A stretch of DNA of 64,000 bases, taken from the NCBI RefSeq assembly GCF_018350175.1, contig NC_058368.1:236780001-236844000 (forward strand), in the 5' to 3' direction. The notes beneath the pieces were generated by a model. It saw nothing but the letters and a program-made list of their open reading frames with translations, ran no database searches and was not told the DNA's origin. Of this stretch, positions 37,175 to 49,700 are shown piece by piece. This stretch comes from Felis catus (Eukaryota). How positions within the stretch are numbered: position 1 is the stretch's first letter; each line of letters begins with the position of its first letter. The position numbers were made by a program, and so were the translations under genes.

Positions 37175-39044
37175 AATGGAAATTGTAATTAACTTGTCAT
37201 CAGTCAGGGTCTCCTAACGTAACTAGTAGCGATGTGTTTTTTGCCCCGTGGATTGACTGCAAAGCCCAGGACCGTCTGTCATCATCACTGCGCCCCCAGG
37301 ATGGTTTCCCTGGCGTTATGGGATTCTGGTGCTTGCCTATGAAGGAAACAGAGACTGAGTGAGTGCAGGGGAAGGAAGGCTTTCCCCAAGAAACCAGGAA
37401 ATTCTGTGTTTTTTTTTTTTTTTTGCTAAAGCTCTTTTTAAAATTCGCCATATCGCTAAAACATTAATTTTTATCAGTTTGTTTTTGGAAACTGAGAAGT
37501 GCCATTGGAGGTTTTTATCTGCGACATAAGCCTAGTGACTCATATTGTGGGTTGGGGGACAGCGAGGACCCGACCACTGTTACTACAGAGATCCCACTAG
37601 AAGCGGACAAACTCCTACAGGTGCTTTGTGGAGTTCAACACCTATGAGACATGCATCTGGGGAGGGTGGGGAGGGGTCCTGTCAGGATGCACATCTTTAT
37701 GCCTAAGCATGTTTATAGGAGATGGTTGTGTGTGTGTGTGTGCTTTTGGATGAGATGGCCTTTCGTCTCGAAGCAGCACTTGGAGTAGGGAGCTCTCCAT
37801 TTTCAGTCTCCCACAGTCCCGCGAGGGGGTCATCTGTCCCTGGAGCACAGCCCCACTCGGTGTGACGGCGGGGCTATACTCCCAGCGTGTTCATTCTGTA
37901 CACGAATTCGTGGGCTGGAGCACACACACACAAGAATCATGTCTGATTTGACGGGACATTCTGCGCCTGAGCCCAGATCTCAGAAAGAGATCGTTTGATT
38001 AATTTTATAACTTGGAGTTTATTTCAAAAATATTTTCAGTATTACACTTTTTTTTCTAATTGAAAAACTTTATTTCTCATTAAAAAGATGTCAGAAACTC
38101 ATATAACTGTAAAGAAGAAACATAAATCAGTAATACCCCACCACTTAAGAGGGAAGGCACACTTAACATTTTTGCAAATTCCTCTCCAGGCTCTTTTCAG
38201 TATATATGGGAGTCAATATGGAAATACGGTTACATGTATATTTTTTCAGAATTGGGATCAAAGCATAACCACAGTTAGTACCCATCTTTTTTCATTTGTC
38301 ATTAACACATAAACATGCTCATATTGTTAAGTGTTTTTTTTTTTTGAAACTTGCTTTTCAGTGCCAGTATCTTTTCCCATTGGGTGGTTGGATCAAAATC
38401 CATTGAATTAATGTTTTCCTTTGAGACTTTCAAGTTGATTCATGCTTCACTCTCATAAATAATGTGGCAAACGCATATCTTTCCCCGAAACACTTAAGAG
38501 TGTCCTTTTCTCTCCTCACCCTTCTTGTACTCTTCGTCCTTACCCTTCTTAGGTTTTTCTCATTTATTTTTTTTAAAACATAAACAGGAAAAATGCCCTT
38601 GGATCGCTCTGGGGTTGAAAGTCAAAATCAGTGCCATCGCCTTGGGGGAAAGGCCATTTCTGCAGGATTAAGAACAGATCCAAAAGGCAGCGCCTGAGGT
38701 CAGAGGGGAAGTCAAAGACAGAGCCACCTTGATGGCCGTGCTGGAGGCCAGTGGCTCCCCATGGATTTAGAAAGGTCACTTGCTTTGAGATTAACAGGGC
38801 TGGCTCTCCAGACCCCACCTGCTCCTCTAGGTCTGAACAGAGATGAGGCTTGGGGGTTCACTGCACACACTGTTTAGGTGACACGAGGGACCACAGATAG
38901 CACATGGGGGGGGGGGCGTGTTCTTTTTCTCTTAGCACGATTGGGCATTTCAGCTCCGTCCTGTGACCTCCACAGTTAGCACTGCCAATCTCTTGTACTG
39001 GGCATCTATAAGTTCATCATTTTATTTAAAAACAACCCCTCGAA

Positions 39045-39049
39045 AAAAT

Positions 39050-39075
<26 letters not shown>
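39045..39075 (+). mobile_element. Tail-only retroposition scar (A-rich, 31 bp)
   Basis: Perfect 18-bp direct repeat taaaaacaacccctcgaa at 39027-39044 and 39076-39093. Confidence 0.75.
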
Positions 39076-39081
<6 letters not shown>

Positions 39082-40230
39082 CAACCCCTCGAATTCCATC
39101 TTCTTTTACTGAAACCTATTAAACAAAACTGGAACATATTTCAGGCGCATGCCTTTTGAGCGATGGGAAAAAGCCCCAAGAGGAATGTCTATTCTGCCTA
39201 TGTAGCCTGTAAGACTAGTAAACAGGGCCTGTTCCATCGCTGGCCTGTGGGGCTATGCCAAATGGATCGTGATTTTATACCTTTTACACGAGGTCACCCT
39301 GAGCCTGCTTCGCCCGTGTAGGTGGGAAGTGTCTCAAGCGTTGGCTCTGGCCCCTGAAGCTGTGTTCCCGGGGGCTCATGTCTCTGGAAGGTGGGCTCCA
39401 AGTTGCTGTCACGAGTGGGGTCATCCAATGTTCTAGGCTCCCCGGAGGTCCACGTTCCCATGACAAACTCCACATGTCCCAGCTCCCGAATTTGAAGGAA
39501 TGGGGTCCCAGCGAGCTCCCCAAGATGCACATGGCTTGGGCTGCTTGTCAGTGACCCCAACACCCTCATGGCTGCTCCGGGTGAACACCCCAACCTCCCA
39601 CCACTTCCCTAAAACATGGGTTTGGTTGCTTTTTGAATGTTCTAGATTTCATTTGTCGGTATTTGCTTCCTACTGTGATCAGCTGTTTGTTGTAGACATT
39701 TTTTTTTTTTTTTTTTTTTTTACCTTCCTGTGATTGCAATGTAATGGTTTCCATTTCCTGAAGCCAGGGTCAGGTCCCAGGCGACAAATCCCGCTGTGAA
39801 ATCAGATTTTCTCCCCATACACCGGACAGGTTGGGGAGCAGAGTGCTTTTCCAACAGGCTTCCTAAGGCAGGAAAGGCAATCGGTCCATCTCTGCCCTTT
39901 CACAAACGCAGGCGGTTTGGTCTCTGATCCCGGTGGCAACTTAAAACAAAATGCACGGCAGTCCCCTGGCCCTGAGCATGTCGTCAGCATAGCATGACAC
40001 AACCATACTCTGGGCCCGGGGAAGGATGGCATGTGTGGTCGGCATCTCCTTGCACATCTCCCTCTTGGGTGCGCCTCTGCCCAGAAGGCTTTCACCTCTC
40101 CCCCTAACTCATTCTGCTCATACTCCCAACTTCTTGATTTCCTTCTTCCTAAATTTTAAATTTTTCTTCAAGGGATAGAAACTTCAAGCTCTCGCAATCC
40201 CGGAGCTAAATTCTTAGAGTGAGTGTGGCA

Positions 40231-40438
40231 CGGGCGCCTGGGTGGCTCAGTCGGCTAAGTGTCTGACTTCACTTCAGGTCACGATCTCACGGTTCATGAG
40301 TTTGAGCCCCGCGTCGGGCTCTGTGCTGACACCTTGGAGTGTGGAGCCTGCTTTGGATTCTGTGTCGCCCTCGCTCTCTGCTCCTCCCCCGTTAGCACTC
40401 TGTCTCTTGCTCAAAAATAAATAAACATTAAAAAAAAT
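40231..40438 (+). mobile_element. Can-SINE
   Basis: Full body; diverged TSD agtgagtgtggc / aatgaatgtggc. Confidence 0.95.
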
Positions 40439-43400
40439 TAATGAATGTGGCGGCCAACATCCCACCAGCGGTGGGCGGGGGATGCTAGAGCTTGGCTGTC
40501 TCCAGAAGCCTCCAAGGACGCCACAGTTGCTCACACTAATGTCATTGAGTGGGCGTCATTCATCAGAAGCCTCTAGCTATTAAATTTAAGGTTAAGATTT
40601 CTATTTCCTTTTGATTGCTATCATCTGGGCGCCATTGCACAGTCAGAGAGCATGCTTCCTTTCAAACGACAACAGGATGCCGTCCAGCTCAGTAACTCTC
40701 TGCAGAACAAAGCACGGGACAGCAACGGGCTTCTTGTCAATCTAAGCCATGCCTCTGCGAAGCCAGGAAGAATGCAGTGGCTCCCATCCAGGTAAACCCC
40801 GTGGTGCACGCTCCCACCGGCACACCCTCCTCGGACTTTCCGAAAACCGAGGGTGGCCGGAGGTCCCAGGGCTCGTGTTCGGCAGTGATCGGATGTGCAC
40901 GTGTGATTTCTGCGTGAGTTGTGTTACCTCTCCTCTTCCCGCTCAGACCACTGAGCATGACATAACTTCTCCAGTAGAACTACTGAGGCAGGAGTGGTCC
41001 CTCAAGAAGGCAGGTCCCTGACATGGGCCCTAGAACGTTCCAGAAGCTGCCTCCCTCCTCTGTGCCCTTCAGCCTCTACCTCCCCAATTCATCCGAGGTC
41101 CCTCTCAGTCCCTGTCCAGAAAACACATTAGGATCTATTCATTCCGATTTGGTAACATTTCTGTTTGATTCACATCCCAGGACTAAGGAACCCTGGCTTG
41201 GCCCCTCCTTACAATGGTTACCTACAGCAGTAATAGTAACGGGGCAGAGTAACTGGGGATCACGTGGCAGTTAAAGGCATTTGGTTCCCTGTGAGCCGAG
41301 CACCCTTATCAGAGAGGGTTCCAAGGGTAAAGTCAGAACACCACCTCACTCTTGCCACCCTGTGCTGAGGCGGACGGCTACAAGGCCGTGCCCCCACTGG
41401 ACGCACACAGGCAGGTGCGAATGGCCTGCCCTCCCTTCTTCGTCTTATTTCAAAATGTCTGCCCACCATCACCAAGCAGGTTAGTGCTTCAGAGCCAGAG
41501 GAGACAAATTCGGTTTAACACGGAAGAAGCATGCGTCCTCCAACACGGACATCTTGCAACTCTGTGGTGAGTGCGCATCTGGACCGCAGACAATGATGGA
41601 AGAATGACAGCCGTAGACTGAGAAGCCCATCAAAAGTGGACGCCCTATGGGGCCCCTGGGGATGACTATCCATGTGCAGTTAAAAGACGGTGTGGACCGG
41701 GCTGGCGGAGTTTGGGAGCGTAGGAAAACCCAGCTCGCAAGGCGTCCGTGGTAACTCCGCAGGGATGCGTTCGCTGAAGGTCCGATTGGAATGCTGCAGG
41801 AAATACTGTTTTCTTTTCGGTCTGATGGTATTGGCCACTGACAAGAGCTGCCACCCAAAGTTTGGCATTTTTGGGGGGATCCTCCTGCGACATGAGGTTG
41901 GTCACTGACTTCCACCCCGTTATAAAAGGCCACATTTTTGACCACAAGCTCATACATCCCTAGACGTCGTTCTTACAGCCAAAGATACATTTTGTCAAGA
42001 CGGAGCCATTGGCTTGCCCCCAAATCAAATCACTTAAGCGTCATTATATGCCTGACATATCACTTTCATTTATGGAAACGATCAAGTATCTATCTGCATT
42101 AGGAAATGGATTATTTTCCATTTGCTATGGTGCACTATTAAAATATACGCATAAAACGTTAATATTTATTTCATGTTCTGTTATTAGGATACACATCTTG
42201 GACACATCACGAAAGTTGGGAAAGAAAGAAACAGTTGTACGTATTTTGTAGTGACCTGAATTTAGCATCAGATGTGAGAATCATGACATGAAATTTTGGT
42301 AGAGAGATAAAAGTCGGACCGCATGCCGGATGAGATTGGTGGCAGATGTGTTCTTCAGAAGGGTGATGGCATTTCCTCCGAACGGGTGAATGTGCCGCTC
42401 CGACTGGGGATGTTCACATGATTAGCAATGAAAGTATGCTTTGTTCCCTCGCCTTCACATGGTCTCAATATTGGTAGTTATCGTTTCTTGTATTTTTTAA
42501 ATCACACATTATCCCACCCCACGTGCGGACGCTGCCTCAGTGCTCCTTAGAAGTCCACCGTACAGACGGCTGTTCATAAATATCCAGATCCATGTGCTAA
42601 AAATAAGTGCAGTGGGATATGTGCTTTTCCTTTCTACTTAATCCAGCTATATACATATACATGCATACATTCCTATAGATACATAAATACCTGATTTTTC
42701 TCCGTTGGTTTCTATGGTTTTCGGCCCCAGGACGATTTTCCTTAGCGCCAACGCCCCCTGCGCATAGCTGTCTGCCCCCAGACACCCATTAATTGACTGC
42801 AAACACAACTTTACTGCAGAATGACTGCAGCTTTATTAAGCAAGTGGATTTACAGGCAATAACATAATCAATATAACATTAATATAGCACATAATTAAAT
42901 AAGAGTCCTACAAGGTCCTGCCTGTATCCCGAAATAGACAGACGTTAATTGTTTTCACCGATGGCGTTAACCGGCGGGATTTGAAACCAAAGTTGGAAGA
43001 ACAGAGTCCCCAGTTGTTCTCATGTAAGTATTCCATCTGCTGGAAGAGGGAACTATCCCCACAGCCCCCAGGAACACCGGAGCACCAAGCATCCCCCCGA
43101 GACTCCCTCCCGCCGGGACCTGGGAGACGACAGCCGCTCCCCCAAAGGATGCTGTCATGACGGACTAAGGGGCAAAAGGCAAGTAACAAGTTGTATTTAG
43201 TGCGTTTCCACCAGTAGAAAGAGGGGCCGACCACCGCAGGCTCTTGGAAAGTGACCGTAGAATGTGCCACATCTTTTGGAAATGGAAGAGCTCAGGCTCC
43301 TGAATGAAACCGGCCAGTGTTGTCTCCGGACTCGTGCGTGCTTATTAAATCCTGGGAAATCCCCAAAACTGCTTTTGCAGGGGGTGAGGCCGCAGAGGCG

Positions 43401-46094
43401 CACGGCCCAAGGACCGGGAGAAAGATCGGCACTGTCGACGGGAAATGCCCCAAGGAAGAAGGTCATTACCTCCATACCTGTGCACGCCGCTCTCACTTAG
43501 CTCAGCTCTCGGCCGCGCTTGGCCCCCGCGGGAGCTTCTCGCCTCTGCCGGCTGCATTTCCAGGAACTTGGAACTCGCTACTTTCACATTCCATTTCCCC
43601 TCGTTACCGCCTTCCCTACCACCAAAATTAAGTGGGAATTCAAGGAAAACAGCTGAAGTCGGGGCTGCCCTCGAACACTGGGGTGGGCGTTCGGTGCGGG
43701 GCACGGCTAGACGTGAGCAGGGAACGAAGGCGTTCTGGGCTACTTTCCCTCAAGATCCACGCCGTCCCCGACACGGACAGGCCGCTTTGCAGAAAGGTCC
43801 CCGCCCTGGAGAAGGCCTCCGTCTCAGGAGGAAAGCAGAGCAGCCAAAACCAGGACCTGGGACATCTCTCGAGGAAGGGAGTGCTTTGCACATATTTAGA
43901 CGTGGAGCCCGGGACTGGTCCAGAAATAAAGCCACGGCTACCGGCCGAGTGCATTTCAGCAGGTCCTTGTAAAATCTGTCTCCTCGAGAAGGTCACACAG
44001 TCTCAATATTTCAGGAAAGCGGAGCCGTTCACCCGCAAAAAGGTGGCATTGGCGGGCCCCAGAGCATGGCAGTGGTGGGGGCTGGGTGGAGACAGCGGGC
44101 CGTGGCCCGGCCAGGAGGCGCGGGGAGGCTGGACGCTGAGGATGACACAACAGCAGCCCCCCGGGGGGTCCAGTTCCGGCCCCTGCGGGGTCACGGGGAT
44201 GGGGGCTGGTCCCAGGGGAGGAGACCGCAGTTCCGCCTGGGCAGGAGCCGAACCTGGCTTGAGGTTCCACCACCCCGCAGACCAGGAGGCCACGGCCACC
44301 TCTGGCGCCCTGCCCGGGTCTCTCCACGTCTGCCCCGCTCTCTGCCCCTCCGCGTCACCGCAAGTTTCCCGAAGCCCCAAAGTCCCCTGGGAGCCGCTAA
44401 CCCGGGGCCCACACAGCCCGGTGCACGGTCACCAGGTGCCCACGCTGGCCACCCTGCTCCCCTGGCTGGAACCTCCTTCCCCCTCTCCATCCACAGACAC
44501 ACTGGAGGGTCCTCCCAGAGTGCACGCCGCCCTGTGGGATTCCTTCCTCTGCCTGTCAATCGAGGCTTTGCGTGCCTTGCAGAGTCCATGAGGCTGTGCA
44601 TATGAGGCAAAGCCAGTTTGGAGAGGAAACGCCCTCCAGGGAAGCCCAGCTTCGCCCTGATAAACGGGGAAACCGAGGGTTGTGGGCTTAGGTTACCGAG
44701 TTGGCAGCTACAGCGACCGAATGAGCAAGGCCCACCCTTCTCTCCCGGCCCGCACCTTCCCCAGCCACCCCTCGACGTGCACTCACACACTGGCACACAC
44801 ACATTACACACACACCCCACTGACCGGGCTGTAAACACCTGACACCGAGGCACCATCGGGGAAGTCCACGAGGTCCCTCACATCGCAGACTGACAGGTGC
44901 GGTGCTGAGGGCGGAGGCCTGTCTGGCACCCTCCTTGCTGTGTACAGAGGCACAGAAGTTTGGAAGAGAGGCAGAGGGGAAGTGGGGAGCCACGGCGGAG
45001 CGCGGGGCCGGGGCCCCGGGGAAGGCGGCTCCTGGACGGCCGGGAAGCGGGAACTGACCGCATGTGTGCAGGGCTACGGGTCCCCCGTTTTAGGTGGGAC
45101 TCCAGGGGCCGTGTCCATGGGAAACAAGAGACTCCTTCCCATAGAGAAAATGTAGGAAATGACAGGCCAGCTCATCCTATTTGGGCATAAAAAGCCATCA
45201 CCAAGATAAAAAAAAATTGCATTGCCTCCTGATGACAGAAAAATCACAACCAGATTTTTAAAAGACACTGGCCTTGGGATGAAGCAGCTCTGTTCCCAGG
45301 GGTGGCGGAGGGCCTGACGGTGGCTGAGGCCCACCTCGGAACGGGGAGCTCTAGCAGACGGCAGCGCATGTCCTGGGACAGTTTCCAAAAGAGAAGAGCT
45401 GCCAAGGCCCTAAAGACAGTCCCGCTGTTAGGGTGCAGAGAAGGCACCCCACTCCTTCTCCGATTCCAGGGGAGGGTAGCATTCAGGCAGCACAGAGGGG
45501 GCGGTTAGAGCCCGAGGCTTTCAGGGGACTCTTTACCCCAGTCTCCCCACCCTTAAAACGAAGGAAATAAGAACCCCAACCTCACCACCGTGCTGGCGGA
45601 TCAAGCCCATCACCGCGCGTAAACTACACACAGCACCTGGCACCCAGCATTTGCTGGTTAAATGTCAGCAGTGATGATTATCATAATTCGGGTCCAAGGT
45701 AATCACATGTCTGTCCGTGAGCTCTGATTTCCAATCCACCACATTCGCCCCTGTCTGCCCGCACGTGTGCGTATGGTTAACACGCACACTCGGGAAGGCA
45801 TTTTGAAGTCACCTCCTCAAGGCTGCATAATGGTAAGATTCATTTTAACTGCCCATAATATGAATTGCTTTTACCCCAACACGTGGCCCCGGCACCGATT
45901 TCTGGCTCAGGAAAATGAGAATTAAATCCTTGAAATTCCAGCCAGCAGTGGAATATCTGGAGAGCATTTTCGTCTAGCTGGATGGCTGACCGTCACGCCC
46001 TAACCAAGAGGTGAAGCGTCCCAGCCACCTGCCCTGATGTTTCCTTACCTCCCCTTCCAAGATTAACACGTTCCTCACAGGAAAAGGGCATTTT

Positions 46095-46288
46095 TTAAAC
46101 GTGTATCTACTTTGAGAGTGAGAGTGAGCACAAGCCAGGGAGGGGCAGAGAGAGACGGGGACCGAGGATCTGAAGCGGGCTCTGAGCTGTCAGCACAGAG
46201 TCTGACATAGGGCTCGAACTCACAAACCGTGAGATCATAACCTGAGCCAAAGCCAGGCGCTTAACCAACTGAGCCACCCAGGTGCCCC
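46095..46288 (-). mobile_element. Can-SINE
   Basis: Antisense body; TSD aaaagggcaYtttt. Confidence 0.94.
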
Positions 46289-46555
46289 AAAAGGGCACTT
46301 TTAGAAGTCTGATACTCCTTGAAATTTAACAGTTAAAGACTTGAGGCGATTTGCAACCTCAGGGGCAGGGAGGCTGAGGGACTCTGAGGGGACGTACCTT
46401 CTGCCGCAGAGGTAAGAGACCGCGGAACGGTTTGTAAAGCCTCGGACAGATTCCCGTACATCACGAGCTACTGGAATGAACAGTTTACTCTGATGATTGT
46501 AAATATATCAGAAACACACACATCCAATTCATCTTGTTAAAATCACACCCCACTG

Positions 46556-46773
46556 GGGGCGCCTGGGTGGCTCAGTCAGTTGAGCGTCCGACTTCAGCCA
46601 GGTCACGATCTCGCGCTCCGTGAGTTCGAGCCCCGCGTCAGGCTCTGGGCTGATGGCTCAGAGCCTGGAGCCTGCTTCAGATTCTGTGTCTCCCTCTCTC
46701 TCTGCCCCTCCCCCGTTCATGCTCTGTGTCTCTGTGTCTCAAAAATAAATAAACGGTAAAAAATTTTTTTTTT
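46556..46773 (+). mobile_element. Can-SINE (SINEC_Fc)
   Basis: Full body; TSD aaatcaYaccccactg at 46540-46555 and 46774-46789. Confidence 0.96.
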
Positions 46774-49700
46774 AAATCATACCCCACTGCACAGCATTTG
46801 AACACCCCATACTTTCCCAAAATATTTGGGGTTCGAGGCAAGCCGACTGAGGAACATCAAAGCTACAGGTTTCGGATGCATTCAGACTTAGGTTATCAAA
46901 ATATTGTGTGTTTATAACAGTTATGTGATGTCCAGAAAGGACTGGGGTCTTCCTGGTAGTTACAAAACAGGAACAAACAAAATGCCTGCTTAGAAAGGGG
47001 AAGAAGTTATTTCCTCAGAGAAGACAACTCCAGTCCCTAACGAGCAGGCCGGCTCAACCCGCTTTTTCCTACTTTTACTTTTCGACGCAGGGGATGAGGG
47101 GAGGGAAAGGTGGAAGACAGCGGGTGCAAGGGATCTCATGGTCTGTCCATCTGTTTGCTCTTCCCTGGAAGGTGTCCTGTGCCTTGCTCCCCTTGACCTT
47201 CCGGCGAAGGCCAGCTGTGGTCAGCACCAGCTCTCCTGCTGCACGCAGGTGACACTTCTGATGGCAGAGTATCACTCCCACAACCGGAGGCCTCCTAGGA
47301 CAGCTTTCCATCGAGCGTCCTCGGCTTGTCGTTCACCGAAGGAGACACTGACTCGTGCGCGTATTTAGTTCCGTCCTCGGCAACCGTCAGCTACCTTTTG
47401 CATTCTCAACTGCATCAAGAGTAAAGAAGGGAAAATGCTACGCACAAGTAAAGGTTAACCACAGGCACAGAGAATCAGCGAGCCTCGGATGAAGGGGAGA
47501 GCCTCACAATGGACGGACTCAAGATTCGCGAGCGCAGAAAGGCCGCTGCTGACAAACGCAGAAGCCGCCAGGCGTGTGAGTCCCCCGTCAGTGGGGCACG
47601 GGTCACGTTTTCATCATGTCCCTTCGCACTGCTCGGAGACGTAGGTGGCCCTGCTGGCCGGAGACACAGTCGGATGTCAGCCGGTGTCCCCACCCCCTTC
47701 CTCCCTCCCTCCCTCTCTCTCTCACAACCTGGGCAGCCCCTCTTGGTCCCACTGCCTCTGCTCCCTGACTTCACCCCACGGTTTGGCCACAGGCACCTGG
47801 GGACCGCCACCGGTCTGGATCCAGGAAGGCGGGGTCGGCCAGGCCTCAGCCTCGGTTCTCCGTGAGATGAAGCCACCGAGGGACCATGCCCACCTGTCAG
47901 TCAGGACCCAGACCTCTGCAGCCAGTAAAACCCTCCCATCGACAGGGCTCCGCAAATCCAACTTGACAGGTTGCAGTACCTAATAGTTCTCTCTGCTGCT
48001 GGGAACACACTTGATGCGTCTGGGGGCCCTGAAAAGTCCCACGCTAACTCCTTTGCACAGAAAAGGGCTGTCATTTCCAGCACACTTTGAAGGGCCTCGC
48101 TCTCATTATCACGACATCACTAAGTGGCGTTCGTTTTCCCCACAAATAAGGCGCTGTATGCCCAGTAATCTGAGGCTACATTCACAGCCTCCATCCTAAC
48201 ACGGGGCCGAGCAAGGAACCCAGACTGCCGACCTCAAACAGCCTCACCAAGAAGGAGCAGGAGAGGGGAGCCCGGGAAAGTCCTCCAGGAAAAGCAAATA
48301 AAAACCAAGGGACGTGGAAGGAAACGTAAGCCACGGGGAGGGTGATCCCTACAGAATCGCCAGCCACGGGCTGCCCTGCGCCAAGAGCAGAAATTCTAAA
48401 TCGGGGACTAACGCGTCTAAATATATCCGCAAAATGTTCCGAGTTGGAAGAGGCGTTCCCAACCGAATCAGAAGCTGGGGATCGAGTGGTCTGATGAAAC
48501 AGCAGCTTCTGCATTTCTTTCTTTCTGAGCCCCGAAGGCAACACAGAGGACGTGACGCACACGCGTCCACCCGGCTCTGTGACACATGACCCCCACACGG
48601 CGGGCCCACACCACGTACCCACCCCGGGCCGCCGAGGGGCGCAGCCCAGCTAACAGCCGGGATCCACCCTTCCTTCCGTGGCCTCATGTGGCTGCGAGAG
48701 CATCAAAGCAGTCCTCAGCCAGGAGCCCCAGGGGCAGGCCCCGGGTAGGGCGCTCAGCCGCCTCCTGGGGTCTGCGCGCTGTTTTAAGCGGCACATCCTT
48801 CGGCCGGAAACCCACCGCAACCCGAGCCACGCGTCTGCCCCAAGGGGGTTCCACGCAGGAGCGACAAATACAGACATGCGTTGATCAACAAATAAGGGAG
48901 AACTGGAGGCAAGAGGAAAGAATCTTGCCAGAAACTTGAACTTTCCTTGCACATCTCCCTCTGAAAGCCCGTGCTGTCGGTGATGCCATGGCGAATCTGC
49001 GTCGATCCTACTATGTTTGCGCTGCTGGCTTTCGGCTGATTTTTTCCACAACTCGCCGCAGGAGAGCGAAGTCAAAAATATACCATACTGATCAACGGGA
49101 CACATCTGCGGCGAATCCACACAGAAGCAATTAATTTCCTGGTGGTATTTTTACACTGGGGGCCTGATGCAAGTCTCCATTATACAAACAAAAACTCCCG
49201 ACAGCTCCTGCTGCCTGATAAAAAATAAATCAGATGGCGGAGGGCTGTTTGGCCTAGGACTGCTACAGGCTATGACTTGTAATGAGGCTCCCAACACTAA
49301 TTATGAAGCTTATTAAAGAGAATTGGACAAGTTGTCCTAAAGTGCAGGCTGCAATCAGGCTGAAGAAGGCCGGCCTCCGACTAGGCAGCCGGCAGGTCAC
49401 CGGGTTCAGCAGAGGGACCGGGGCCGGCCCGGCCGGAGTGGGGACCAAGTCGCAGCACCGGGAGGCCTGTGTTTGGCAGATCGGTCAGGGTAAACGTGAC
49501 AGAGGGGCAGGGGAGAGTCGAGAGTCGCAAGCGCCTGCAGATAGTGCTCACATCAGAGCCTTCCCTCCCCGCAAACATCCGCCGGGGAAGGAGCGCAGGG
49601 GGGCGTCCGAGGCGACGCTCGCCAGCTCGGGGTTCTATTGTTCGCTACACTTACTCTCAACTCTGGGTCGTCTCTCGCTCTGAACGCAGGAGCATGATTT

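Noticed and set aside
43632..44591. 319-aa ORF
   Set aside because: GTG start, no domain, GC-rich, overlapping open frames.
1206..46773. tRNA-like A/B boxes
   Set aside because: All belong to tRNA-derived Can-SINE heads, not tRNA genes.
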